From positions 1 to 64,000 of the forward strand of contig JAAPAO010000125.1 of the NCBI GenBank assembly GCA_013115145.1: a stretch of DNA of 64,000 nucleotides. The letters run 5' to 3'. Below the pieces are notes generated by a model. The model ran no database searches. It worked only from the letters and a program-made list of their open reading frames with translations, and was not told the DNA's origin. The translations under genes and the position numbers were made by a program. The DNA comes from Perkinsus chesapeaki ATCC PRA-425 (taxonomy: Eukaryota; Protista; Perkinsozoa). This document shows positions 44,721 to 58,600 of the stretch, piece by piece. Position 1 is the first letter of the stretch; every line of letters begins with the position of its first letter.

Positions 44721-47191
44721 GGGTATTCCCATTTCCGTAGACCTTCTCGATAAAGCCGTTGTTGGCGAAGCATTGTATGAACCAGCATACCACAAACAAT
44801 GACTTTAGACATCACGCACTCTCATATTGGGCACAGGAATGGAGAGGGGTCTTCACTGTTGACCAAGCAGGATCATTCTGCAAAAGGGTCAACTATTTCG
44901 AGGATGCATAGCCACAGGGACCAATACGTGACAACCGCTACAGGAGTCGGAATATTATCTTGTCAACAGTTATCAATCCTTCCTGGTCAGGAACGTCCGA
45001 TTCCGATGCACAGAATCATATATCGGGCTGACCTGCTGAAGAAGTTGCCGCCATACTCAGCTGTACATTATGCCAGAGATGACCACCACAAGCTAGCAAA
45101 TGTAGCTAGGAGTATCTCGGCCACGTCGCTACCGTGAGAGGAGCTTTAGGCGATAAGCACTAATTTACAGGAGGCCGTCGGTCAGCTTCCTGACAACAGA
45201 ATGAGGATTGATCGGATGCGTTGTATTAATGAGTAGGACAGAGTTCCCTCGTAATTCAAAACACTTCGTCAGGGACGGGGCGCCTGGCAAAGACTTCTCT
45301 ATGTGCTCAGCGCATGGAGTGAATCACGCTTTACCGGCTGTGAGAGTCTACCGAGTCGACTGGGATAAGCACAGGATAAGCGATTGGGTTGAGTGAGAGA
45401 GCTTGATGCCGTTTTAGCTCACCCAACGACTTCGGGTCCACCCGCTATCATTTTCTTGCTCAGAGTTCCCCGGAACGTGCTTATGACGCCATCAGATGGA
45501 CTCGCGAAGCTTCTCTCCCGGTTTGAGGGCCTGGCGGATTCCCGTGAACATATGCCTCATTTAGCACGTAGGTGCGTGTGAGACAAAACGAAGTAAATGG
45601 TTTAGAATGGATTAGATTTCACTATGTTTGGTATCGAAACTCTTCCTGGGACACGGGGAAGCTCCCGGGATTGACAGTTCATTCCTCTTGACATTCTGAA
45701 CCGGAGTGTACAGAACAATCGAGAAGCTGGGATTTCAGGCAATAACCACCATGATCCCTGTCACCCACATCGGTTACATTTTACCAAACTCGGATACACC
45801 GCCCCAAAGTCCATTGCCCATCACCCGCGGCATCGCTACTCATCTATGTAGGATTAGCCGTGGACCTGTTAAAAAATGATCTGCGAGGCTCTCATGCAAC
45901 CGTGCTTGTTTTCAAGTGTACACTAGCGTATCCAAGTTCGGTTGAGTTTGGCATTCATCACGGAAACTAGATATGCGATTTCATTCGTCTGGGCAGGTCC
46001 TGAGCCTTGGAGGCTCAGAGTCGGAGCGGTATCGCTCGGGTGACACCCTTGCGCTCAGTCGGACGCTGCAACGCCTTCACTCATGACTCGAGCAAAGTAA
46101 GTCATGACAAAAACATCGCCCATTGCATCAGAAATATCGAATGAGTCATTCGACATTTCCGATGACATCCGTATGACACTCTGCTTGCTCTTAGTAGTGC
46201 TCATAACCTGCCTCAACCTCGTAAATGGATTATAGGGCCTTGGGTTTCGAAATTCTCTTTGAACCGTTCAACGAAGTCGCTCGGAACAAAGACGGTTGTT
46301 CACTGATGTCTGACATATGTATCGTGAGGAACGCCCGGAAAGGATCGCTTCTAGCCACACTATTGCATTTAGGGCTCTACTTCAGACTCTGCGCAAGATC
46401 CGCCCAGTGGAGCAGGCATGTAATTTGGTTCGTGCGCGGTGCCCTGTCGGTGGAGTCGCATGGAGCAGGTATGCTACTGCAGCGGCGAGATGCAAGGAGC
46501 CAGATACTCCAGCGCCTCTCAAGATACAGTCTGTATCATACAGACTTTGTGGTGCCTTCGAATCCATCAAGTTGATTCGAGCTGTTGCCAATGAGTAGAT
46601 TTTGAGGAAGGGGTTTCTAGTATAGTTGACGATGGAGTATTGTGTCGCTGTCACGCTAGCTTCGAGGTGGCCCACAAAAGTCAGATACATTAGATTCCGT
46701 CGACCAGGCATGATACACGCGGAGCATGTCCCTTCTCGCATCTGGTCATACGTGAATAGCTTTCAGTGCTATTCGTTCGGAATTATTAGAATAGAGAAAG
46801 CAGTCTCAGTTCTCTTTTATGCTCAGTCTTCTCTCGACAAGGGAACTATTTTAGCACGTATGGGCATGGAGGCTCAGCACAAAATGCGAGGATCCTCTCA
46901 GGCCGGTATTCCAGGCACTCCTGTTTCACTATTCCTAAACTCTTACATGTTGTAGCGAAGAGAATATCTTCGCTCATTTCGCTTTACTCAGCTGGTGCAG
47001 TAGAGCTCTTATTAAGGAAGGAGAATCGATAGTAAGGTCTTCCATCGACTCGGCTGTGTGCAAGCGTTTGACTGCGATCTACTGGTCCGCGCTCACTGGC
47101 AGCTTGGCAGTATTAGCATTCCTCCCTGCCTTGCCGTATAGCTGACTGATGACGTGGATCGAGGTGTGACTGTAGGGTTATTGTATTTGTC

Positions 47192-47578
47192 ATGGCTTTC
47201 TACCTGCTACTACTATTCGGACTACGTATCGTTTCCCATGAGTCCTCCCAAGATACGAAATTCTGTTCGAAGAACAACGTGGTACTGAACGTCACTATGC
47301 ACATTGTCGCCCTCAAGGCCGCATATTTCGACTTCAGTCCTTCTTCGGTTCCAAGACCAGAAACAGGAATAATGCCCATCACGGTGGGGAAGAAGGGAGA
47401 ACTTACTTTCAAAATGCCAAACAAGAACTTTACCTCGTTTGCTAAGCGATTCCATTTGGACCCGACGAGATGGGTGGAGCTACCCTATACGGAGGGCAAT
47501 GACTCCTATGTGCTACCATTCTCCAATGCAAGCATCCCGGTATCCCCTGTACTGTGCTATGCTCGAGGCCTTAGTTGA
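47192..47578 (+). CDS. Hypothetical secreted protein, single exon, 128 aa
   Basis: ORF with hydrophobic N-terminus MAFYLLLLFGLRIVS and several N-x-S/T sites. Confidence 0.6.
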   Translation: MAFYLLLLFGLRIVSHESSQDTKFCSKNNVVLNVTMHIVALKAAYFDFSPSSVPRPETGIMPITVGKKGELTFKMPNKNFTSFAKRFHLDPTRWVELPYTEGNDSYVLPFSNASIPVSPVLCYARGLS

Positions 47579-48065
47579 ACTAAAAACGGAGCTTCAAGCA
47601 ACTGCTTGCGTGTGCCCGATGTGCAGTGCGCATGTGCTCAATGAGCAGCTTGTTTCAACTAGCCGGCGAAAGAGCCAGTTCGCGCGCAGGCTTTTGCTCT
47701 ACTATACATTCATTTTAAGTGTCGGTTCAGTACGATTCAATCGATTCATCTCAAGTCATATCTAACTTTTTCCACGGGGTTCATCGATCCGTGGGTTACG
47801 GTATACCTTTATATGTCACCTCTTGATTGGAGTTGGTCAATTGAGTCTGGCTCAAATACGTCAATATAGACTTTTTGGGCCATGAGAGCAAATCATGGTT
47901 TCAAGAGATCCGAATTATCACGGGATTTGGCTTTCCGTGCGTCATTTCAATCGCTGCTTTTTGGACACAGAATGCCCGTCAGAAATGCCCAAAAGCACTT
48001 TACTGAACACAAATCGACGTAGGCGAACGTAGCGACGGTAGCATGCGCAGCATGACAGAGATCGG

Positions 48066-49574
48066 TTAGACGATCGAAGTATCGATATTATGCACAGCTA
48101 TTCCTCTGAGCGCCGGCGACGAGGTCTCCATTCCGCTGGACGAAGACAGTTGCATCATCATTAGTATATTATTCGACCAAGTCTGCAACACATCTGAATA
48201 TCTGACAGCAGCAACGCCGATCTACACCATTCACTAAAGCGTAATGTCTCACTCATCTTGTGTCATTGGGTTGAAGTACTCAAGGCACTTCTGCCCTACA
48301 ATCGGCCCGAAGTCTGCCGAGGAGACGCCTCGCAAGTATGTTATCAAAGCCGCCTTCACACCCTTCCTCTGCTGGTACCTTACAAAATGACACCCTGGAA
48401 CGCCAAGCGCGGATCGGCGAAATACTCTTCATGAAAAAGCGAACGATGGGACGGATCAGAGTAAACCTCCACTGCATAAGCGAACTGCGCCCCGCGTCCA
48501 TCATTAAATGCATAATCGAGGCTTGAGCCCGGAGCACCATGCCCTATCTCTAGGGATGCCTGACCTGATGAGAGAAGACTGCACCAAGGCCTACAATGTC
48601 GACTGAGTTACCAGAGGGACACTGACAGCCTTTATCCGCCACTTTATCTAGAACACTCTCGAGGGATACAGCTGTTCTAGGGTGCGCCTGTGGGCTGTAA
48701 GCGTATGGGTAAAAGAGGCCCAACATGCCAGAGTGGACAGAAAGGAAGAAATTAGGGGCAACGCCGTCAATCAGAGAACGGAGAATCTGAAAGATCGCCT
48801 CAAAACGCAACTCGTCACCGAACATCTCGCCTTAGTCTCGGGTTCACTGAACTGAGAAGGCCCCGAGTTTTCCTCAACGGAGCGCAGCCTCGAGGACCAG
48901 TGGGCAGAGCCACCGAAGTTCCTATTGAGGTCCACACCGTTCTCATTACCTACAACAGCGTTTAGTCGTAAATATGTTGACTTAATGACGCACCTCGCCA
49001 GCACCAGTCCTCCTTGTCCATCACGATCGATCGGCCTGCCTCATTCACGATAGGGAGAATCGTCATTTCGCCCATGGCGGCCTTAAAGCAAGTAAAAGTC
49101 AGGTGAGCTGCAATGACCTACTTGCGTGGTATCAGTTGGGCGACGCTTTCCGTTGCGGATGTCACAGACTTGTTGGATGAAATCGAGGGCGATTTCAGAT
49201 GAGATGAGCTCTCTGAAAGAGTCCCATGCACTCTCGCCAATTCGCTTACTATCCACCTCGCATGCTCCCCAAAGACCAACAACGCTCGTCCAGACTTGGC
49301 TGGCTTGGCCGTGTCGACAGCCATATTCTTAAAGTGCACTTCGGTCATCGATATTCCTGAACGTTGCTGGAGAGATGCGCGGAGATGATGATTCTTTTCG
49401 CTCACCGTCATCATGCAGCTCAGTCACGCTCATGCCAGGGCAAATGCCCACGAGGTTTTTCAATGCGATCCTTATCTTCTGAGTGGAATGATAAAATGCC
49501 GGGAGCACCGAAGCGTCGACACCAACGAAGGCCAGAACAAGCAGCCCCAAAAGGGCCTGCGGCCAGGGCGGCAT
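48066..49574 (-). CDS. M14 zinc carboxypeptidase with signal peptide
   Basis: MPPWPQALLGLLVLAFVGVDA; LLVFGEHAR(E) (HxxE); NENGVDLNRNF; GPSQFSEPET; FFLSVHSG; FYPYAY; PGSSLDYA; FAYAVE. Confidence 0.92.
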
Positions 49575-49699
49575 CCTTATAATCGCTGATGATTGGATAG
49601 AGCTTATTGACCAACACAAAGGAAGCTCCATAGGGAAATGCACGTTGAAAGTAGTTGCAGCTAGTGTACTACTAGGCAGTAGTGAGACGGCAGTTGATC

Positions 49700-50211
49700 G
49701 TTAAAGAAGGGCACCCCCGCCGCCGGCGTGGAGTAAAGGTCTAGAAATATCACTGACGATCGCGCTGATATATTTGAAATGATTTAGTGAGCAGAGGATA
49801 GAAATCACAGAAGTATGAGATAGGAGTTCGGCGGCGGCGGTGGGGGTGATGTTCTTCAATAATGCAAGAGTGACGATGATTGTTATGATGATAGTAGCAA
49901 ATATACATATCTACATGCCAAAGATACTAGCAAGAAGCCCCCAAAAGAGACCACTGCTGAGCGTCTTGTAGTGGCACTGGCAGTGATATGGTACAGTGCG
50001 AGGGGGCAGGAACAGTAATAGTACAGAAAGAGGGGATAAGAAAGAGTTTCGCGTCGTAGGATTGCCGAATGATGAACGTATGGAACAGAGTTCGGCACAT
50101 ATCATCGGTATTAGTATTATTAACATAAATCCTGCAAAGTCATCTAGCAGAGGAACCTGAAACCAACAGCAGCATAACCACTACCAATGTGCCTGCAAGG
50201 CTGCGAGCCAT
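49700..50211 (-). CDS. Small multi-pass membrane protein (possibly Vps55-like)
   Basis: MARSLAGTLVVVMLLLVS|GFMLIILIPMICA..PLSVLLLFLPP..SGLFWGLLASIFG..FATIIITIIVTLALL: four hydrophobic segments. The family guess is weak. Confidence 0.35.
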
Positions 50212-51116
50212 GGTGCGGAAGTCCAATGTTTGCTACAAAATGTATTTCAAAGCCGAAGGTTGATATCGAACGCTATCATTCCGGGCCTGACACCTCATGT
50301 CCCTCTACGACTTCAGGCACTGGGCAGATAGCCGAGTCTTAAGCTCCCTACTCAGTGGGAGAGTTAGGGACGTCGAAGCTGGGGAGGGGGATTTTGCGTA
50401 AGACAACTTAATCGATTAACCGCCGTTTCAGTTTACATCAGCACAAACTCACACATTAAGTGAATTATGTAACCATCTTCTTCTTCTTTTTCACATATTT
50501 CAACCACCACTGCTGACGCTGCTAGCACCCGTCGTGGCCGTCGGCTCCGATGAGTCTCCTAAATTGAAGTCCTATACTGCACAACAGGCATCCACTCACT
50601 TACGTCTTGCGGTGGTGCTGCTGTTGCCAATGGCCTCCGCGGCCGCCGCCGCCGATGCATTCGGAGATGGGAAGCCAGCGCGTCTTGCTGCCACCCAAAC
50701 AGTAGGAGTCGCCAAACCGTACCTGAGAGCACCTTTAAATTCGATACCGTGTCTTGCCTTACTTTTGACCCCACCATCCTCCACATTCCAAACTCCTCCT
50801 GGCATTTCGGAACGCCGCTGCCACTGCTGGCCATCGCCACACCGACTGTCCGAGGTTAACGTAGTCACCTTGAAAGAGCCGACAAATAGAACGGGGGAAT
50901 GTACAGCAGTCCAATATGATGAAAATAAAAACAATAAGTTGGAGAAGCTTCGAACGAATCTCGTAAATAGTAAACGAATCATGTCAAATCGTTCATCAAC
51001 ATACCGGGAGGACAAACCCGTAATTTATCTATGATAAAGGAAAGTGTTCAACTACCGCTGGTCACTGATTACACAAAAGCTCAAAGATGGTGAGGTTGGC
51101 GAACGAAAAATAATAG

Positions 51117-54100
51117 TCACGCGCCACAATATTCCCTACCATTAAGTGCCAGAGGATCCAGGATCACCATCATGTCCGTGGCGAATCTTGAGCTCAGTAT
51201 GGGGTCTTCCGATCGCTCACAGTAGTGCGTGTGAGGCTCCACTGCAACCGGCCGAATCGCTAATCGACTTGATGAGAATGACTGTAGGCAAGCGCCTGAG
51301 AGAAAAGGTAACCGGGAGACAGGCGGAGCGAAGCTGCTTACCATCGGCCATAATGAGATGAACCTTGTCCTTAAACTGTCGTGAAGGGTCCACATAAGAG
51401 GCCTCGACGGAAGGTTCGTCCTCCCCTCCATACCAGTATAACATACTGAGCAGGAGCTGACCGAGAGCTGCTCTACGATGGCCGTCATTGCCGTAGAACT
51501 GGTTGAGGAATGAAACCACCATAAGTACCTTCGAGAGGAGCCAATAGAAAAGAGTTGTTACTAATGTTGAGATAGCTGAAGACAATACTAGCAGCAGAGG
51601 ATCAAAAAGAGCCAAGAAGTGTTCCTGAGGCGACAATACCATATGAGTTATGATAGGAAATAGGCTCGTTGAGCAAAAGCTAGCATCAAGTGAATTTCTT
51701 CTGGATACAAACCCGAAATTGAACCAGAAAATGTTCACAGTGCGAAAAAATATGACACAAGTTTGGATAGAAAAAAGTTGTTAAAGACACTTGTCATCTA
51801 GGACTTCTTGACGAGCGGCAATTGTATGACTTATTGAGCAATGGCAAGTTTTATCGATGAGGCCCCCTCCTCGACCGCCGCCTACTAGTGTATAACTGCT
51901 CATACCGCCGTCATAGGGAGTTACCAGACCATCACAAACCAATATATGCTTTATAACCAACACCAAAGGCCGGAGACAGTCGTAATGTTGACATAGCATC
52001 GCAACATAAGCAGAGGTCTCGATACCTAATTGGACAGGATTGCACACAAAAAGATACTACTCGCTTTTAATTCACGATTTAGGAGTTATGTAATATTATA
52101 CAGGAATATACTATACATATACAGCCTGCCAAATAATAATATAATATCGCGTTTTTTTCGAAAATTCTCGTCTGTATGGGCTCATCCGTGTATATAGGTA
52201 CTATACGTATGACACTAGGTCTGTTCATATAGATTGATGCCCCCCTTAAAGCATTAGATCAATTATATTAAACGGAGGGGGAAAATATAATGTTATGATT
52301 AGTATCCTAATACCAGACATGATGAGCATTCTCCAGATCCTACCACTGTGAGCCGGTCCTGCGACTGATATCTGGACTTTCACGGGCGAATGTAATGGAC
52401 AGCATTCCGAGAAGCCACCATCACACGTAGAGCACCTGTCTGGGGGATGTAGGGATCCACGAAGACCAAAGCCAGCAACACTACCATTTTTTCTCGGCTG
52501 CAGTCTGGGCGGGGCCCTTGCACTGTAGAGTAAGCAGGGGCACTCTGGAGGAAGCTATCACCACAGGAGTGCTGACCAGGACACCTGATGACCAGGACAG
52601 GATCCAACCGGACTACATGCCTGTGAACACTTAAATGTTGGCGAGGGAGAGCCTTCAAAATCGTCGAGCCGCAAATACTGGCTGGAATTTCGATCGGAAA
52701 ATACAGTGGAGTGTCACCGTATTTGGTGGGGAACTTCACAACACTTCTCCTCTGGAAGTTCACGAATGACGCCTCCCGAATCCCCTTTGGCGGGTGAATT
52801 TCCAAGTGTTCCTCGAGCGAAATAACATGCTTCCGAAAGGCACAAGTCCGGAGCACCAGCTCGTTAAGAATGAAGAGTTACAAGGGCCCCCTCTATGCGC
52901 CCTGTAGTACCTTGAGATAGTCTTCTCTCTAGATGCTGGGCCACAAGGTAAAGCAGTTTAAGGCGGTCCTCCGCCGTCGATGGCGTCTCATACGACCGAG
53001 AGGCTCCCGAGGATGTCTGCATCCAGAATCCGAGACGGCTTTAAGATACTCTTACGGAGCTCGGTGAGCCTCCCCCACCTCTGTGTCGGTGATGCTGCCG
53101 ACTCGGGATGAGGACGAAATCGAGATCACTCGCCCACGGAAGGTGCAAGTTGTATGCGTACCTGAATGCGCACCTAGATGACCGTGCAAAATCTAGGTCC
53201 TACGAGCCAAAGACAATCGTCTTAATGTGGGACTGCGGGAAGTTATAGGGATGAAAGTTGGTGATGGCGTGCTCGATCTGATGGAGACTCTGGCGGGAGG
53301 GTGTCAAAGGGGGGCTCACCTCATTACAGAGACTTATACGCTTTAAGTTGTCACCGCTGACGCTGTAGGAATCAACGAAATGCATGAAGAGACCGACATC
53401 CACGGTTACCTAGACAGCAAGCGATACGAACATATGCCTTGAGGAGTTGGGACAAAATCGTGAAGAATGACTGGGAAGCATGGAAAGTGGTTCACATTCG
53501 GATCCCGATATAACTATACATGTTTACTCTGAGATAATATAATATGATCAATAGTTCCTATTTTTATATTTATACAGTCAGTGTTATAAAAGACACTATA
53601 TATAGTATTGTATCGGAGGCAACCTCTTGACATCCTCGGAGATACGAGCATGTTGTTTCTGCCAGTCAAATATATTGCTTCCCTATTTAGGCTACCCTCT
53701 GACCGCGCGCCAAGAAATTACTACCCTATCCGCAATGCTCTCTGTCTCAGCACTTGCAATGCTCTTGAAGACCGTATCGACCGATGCCGCCGGCGAATCC
53801 TGCGAAACCTCCTACGTGTGCTTCCGGCCATTTCTCTTACATCTTCTGTAGTCGGGCTCGGATCCTCGTCCCCAAATGAGGATGATCTGTCCGGTACTAC
53901 TACCTCCTCCGCTTTGGAAGGCTGCTCCTCCCCTTTCTTCTCTTCTACAGGAGCTGGTGACACTTCTTGTGACAGGGTCTCTGCTTTATCCAGATAAGAC
54001 TCAGAGGTCTCATCAAAGCCACCGTCATCTGTAGGGGATCTGCTGGACGGCCGTACAACCCTGATAAGCGAATACGCCCGATCAAGAAATGATAGTGTTT

Positions 54101-55430
54101 CGCAAAATAATAAAGTCCAATGGATCGAGCGCCGTCAAGATTCTAACGCCAAAAGCATCTCCGCAAGTAATCAACGAAGAGGATGATGATTAATGCAATC
54201 TAATGGTCATATCTTTATCGCAATGGTACAAATGTGTAGAATAAAACCAACTCTCTCCAGCCCCAGCACAGTAGTATAAACCTTCGAAATATATCCTAAT
54301 ATATCTTCCATATTACTTTTTCCCCTTCTTTCCAGCCTTCCGTTTGGTCTTCGTCGTTTTCCCAGTATCGACCCGGCTGACTTCTGGTGACGAGCTCCGA
54401 GACGTACTGCTTTCAGATTGCTTAGCCGATTCCGCAGAGGAATCACCGGAGGCATCCCCCTTGTTCTCAAATTGAGCTGGGGCCGGCAACATGCCCAACC
54501 GGGCCTGAGATGGCTTTTTCCGGTTTTTCCATCAGAAACTCCGCCCAGTTCTTCCCGCTATTACCTTTATTGTAGCCTCCATCTGAGCTGCGTCCTCCTT
54601 CGAGAACTCCTTACATTCGTAAGTAGCTGAAGGACCTAACACGGTCTCTTCCAAAGCGATGAAGATTCGGGTTAAGATACATCTGCCCCACGATACTTGC
54701 CAGTGAAGATCAAGGTTGAAGCGTGCATTGTATACATACAAAGATTCATCCACACCCACAAAAGTTCAGCCCTCGAATGAATGAAGCTTTCGGAAAGCAA
54801 GATTATGGTTGATGTGTTCTCGTAGAAGATGAAATGTGCAACATTTGTCAACAGTGTTAATCTGGAAGACCTTCGGCTCCTACCAATATTGCTGGGATCA
54901 TATACGCATCCGCCGGTAATCTTTATTAAACCAATTCTGGGACACAGAATCGACTCTAGCATCGCATTTATGAGTATAAAGCAGTTCTGGAATGAATTCT
55001 GAATTTCAAAATCAGTTCATCGAACGACCCCTTTGACGAGGCCAAAATATCCAACAAAATTCCGCCCCGCGCTGCGGTAGATTCTATGTTCGGTGCTAGA
55101 GCTTGGGAAGAAATTGCTGGAAGGCCTCAGCAGACTTACGTTGCTGTCGATGATAATGTTGAGGTCTGTTATGATGATGATGGTAGTGGTGCGGTCTGGG
55201 CCCTCCTCCCTTATGAGGACGGTCTCCGGGTCCGAGCTCTGGGGTAGAGGAGCCTATGAAGCTTGCAATAGGAATAAGATTCGAAGTCTGTTACCACTGT
55301 GGTCCTCCTCCCTATGGCGGCTTGATCTGTGATGGCCTCCGGTCCTGTCAGGGGCCTGGGGGCCTCGACGGTAACTGCTGCGTTGTCTGGGATATGAAAT
55401 GGTGATAGAATCAAATAAAACACACTGCAC
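51117..55430 (-). CDS. Non-canonical poly(A) polymerase / terminal nucleotidyltransferase (Trf4/PAPD5-like); core 51117-53430, long N-terminal extension inferred
   Basis: TIVFGS|YAYNLHLPWASDLDFV (GS..LP.SD.D); GIETSAYVAMLCQHYDCLRPLVLVIKHILVCDGLVTPYDGGMSSYTL; LGQLLLSMLYWYG; MVILDPL. Linkage to the 53.6-55.4 kb exons is inferred. Confidence 0.85.
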
Positions 55431-55620
55431 ATCAAGTTAAGATCGAAGAAACTTGCAGGGTGATCAATCTGAGCTCAAAAATATCTTTTGACATGCGAAT
55501 AAAAGAACCTCCGCGATCAACAGTAGCAATGCTCGAATTGTGGTAAACGTGAAAACCAATTTCAGCGGAGCGAAGCACGTAACGGCCCATTTTGATTGCG
55601 CGTCATCGCCGTCTTAATTG

Positions 55621-58600
55621 ATGGAGGCAGCGGAAGAGAAGGTCAGACGGTGTCGACTCTTCTTGCCAGGCGTATCTTTAGGTTGACTTGGAGCCACCTG
55701 CTGACCTGAGTGATGTGGAATTAGTTGCTACTTCACAGAGGCAAGAATCGGTCAACACCGAAGGGGCTGAAAAAGATTCTTCGAGGTCGCATAGGAAGAC
55801 CAACTTGGTAACGGCGATCTTGTATACCTTCGAAACTCCTTCGTTAATCAGCCCTTGGCACCGATGTTCCTGCCTAAAAATGAGAGGCTCGCAGCTGAAA
55901 AGAAGCGTGCGGCCGAGCTGGAGGCGGCAAAGGTTCAGGAGACCGGCGAAAAGAGCAAAAAGGTGATGGAAATGAAATCAAACCAAGTACCATTGAAACT
56001 CAGAAGAAAGCGGTTCGCAGTCGACCTGAGAAAGAATCTTCGAGAGAGCCTTCTGAGGAGAGGGAGAAATCTCTTAAAGCTCAGAAGAAAGGGGTTCGCA
56101 GTCGACCTGACAAAGAATCTTTGAAAGAGTCGTCTGAGGAGAGGGAGAAATCTTTTGAAACTCAGAAGGAAGGGGTTCGCAGTCGACCTGAGAAAGAATC
56201 TTCGAGGGAGCCTTCTGAGGAGAGGAGGAAATCTTGCGGAGCGAATGTTGTAACTCACGTGCCCGGAAACGACAGATCAAATTTTGTGGTCAGCCCTTGG
56301 CTCCCATGTTCGCACCGAAGAGCGAGCGACTGCGACTACTGGCCGAGAAAAGGGAGGCTGCGGAGGCCGTTAAAGCCGCCGAGGAGAAGCCCGCTAGGAA
56401 GCGGCGGGCATCTAGGGTGAAGCCAGGGGATACGATTCCCGCCGACAAGGGAGGTTCCTGTTGCCAAAATCGGTTGCTGTTTTGAGGTCGCGGGATACTG
56501 GTGTTATGGCTCGTAGGTCTCTTGTGTCTCGGACAACACATCTGCAGAGGAAGACGAGCCACCCCCTCCGCGAAGAAGAAAACAGGTTTGCCTGGCGGGG
56601 GCTGGTGTAGGAGGACATCCTGGACGATCAGGTGGCCCGGGCCAAACCCAAAGGGAAGAAGAAAAAGGATATGGAGTCCGACTCGGAGTACTCTATTTCG
56701 GATGGTTCCCAGCAGCAGGAGGAGGAGGCAGCCGGGCCCACCAAAGTGGTTCTCACCGAATACAGTACAGCGGCGTTGAAAGTGACGGGGACCTCGAAGC
56801 CCTCCGGACCTGTCTTTGGGATTTTCGCACCTAGGGCCTCCGGTACGGCACATGCGGCTCCTGACCTCCCGAGTTCGGTCATATCAGTTGCCCCGAAGTC
56901 AGATCGGTCACAGATGGTGGTCGAGCTTAAAGGCTGTTTGCCATCGCCGTTCTGTGGTTCGGTGAACTTCGCTTCAGATGTCTCCGTGTCTAATTCCACT
57001 TCCCTTTGGTCCCAGAGGGACAGGTCAGACAACTCTCCAGAGACAGAGAGGATAAGTACATCGAGAGCGAAGGTGATATGGGGGGCTCTAGGGCGAAATG
57101 ATGTCAGTTTCAGAACCTGTCCCAGGCCGCCGCCAACTTGCTAATCGGGAATGAAAGCGTTGATTTGAATCTTGACGCGGAGGAGGGAAGGGCAAGTCTG
57201 TCGTGGGAGGGGGTACGGCGGCCCGACATCAAGGAAGCTTTGGAGATGATGATGGTGCCGAGGGATGGACGGCCGTGGGGTGCCCCGCTGGAACCGAACA
57301 ACACACACCAGTGGTTGGCCGCTAGAATACCAGCAGGTAGAGGATACTTGAGAAAGGGACACAGGGCCCGTGCGCATGCGTGCAAAAAGATTCATTGTCA
57401 GACTTGAAACATGCAAATGAAGACTGCAAGCAGTTTCATAAGAACTGGAACCGATACGGTCTGTTGCCGCCGTCGGCTCGTCACAAGCATGCGTTGGCGA
57501 AATGGCTGGAGTTGTGGGTGAAGAGGGCGGACACAGCGAGGGACAGACGCCGAGTAGAGGCACCATTGCTGCCAGCCAAGCCTAGGAAGCTTCGCAAGGG
57601 AGATGTAGTAGATGCCTTCGCTGAGGTTCGAACTTGGGTGCTTTCTGGTCAGGCCACCGCCGCCGAGAATGGCGCTGCTAAGGCCAGCAGAGGCTCCGCC
57701 GCGTAAGTCCCGCCCCGGGGTTGTGATGGTAGAGGCGTATTTAGTGGAGAGGACCAAGAGGGTTGGCATCAGAAGAAGAGCACTAAGACCAGGGCAACTG
57801 GGAGGCGAGGGCCCCGCCGACGTAGTGGTTGGCCATACAATAGGGGGTTATTTTCCCTACCAGAGATGTGCTATGGTTGCGACGGATCGGTCCTTGTGTT
57901 CGAGCCTCCGAGCAAGAACAGAGGGAAGAGGGGACGATACCAATCCGATGTCTCTGAAGATGAGGAGGATGAGACCACTGGGCCCACTTATACGCCTTTC
58001 GGATGCAGCGTTGTTGTTACTGGCGAGACAGGCTGTGGGAAGACAAGTCTGGTGTATGCGGCGGCCAGAGAGGTGAGCCCCGATTTGCCGACAGGGGGAC
58101 GATTTCGGGAATATCTCCTTTTGCTTCTGGCTGGTAATTCCGTATCGAACTTGAACGCTGTCGAGATTCTAGGGGTGACGGATGGGCTTTCAAATGCGAG
58201 AATGATGTGATGATCTATGTGTGCAGCACAACCAGGTTTGCGCGCATCTACGCCTTCCACACAAGGCATACATCTCAGCAAAGATCCTAGCGTCTCTGAG
58301 GAAGAAGACCTCCGAAATTTCAACCCTGAAGCCTCTAGGCCATTGTGCAGTCGTCACGGCTACTGGCTCCGTCAGGCCGGAGTCGCCGTCATCGAACTTT
58401 CGGTTGACTCGTGTCCGCCTGGGCGGGCCACACAAGTAGGCCTGTCCATAGAGGAAGCCATACAAAGCAGGTGACCATCCCGCACAGGTTTGACCCCCAG
58501 TCCTGTCATTTTAGTTCTATTCATACTCGAGGAAGTCAATCAAGTGTGGCCTCCACCGACCCGAGCTCTATCCAGTCCGATGATGGCGGTCCGGCTGCTA

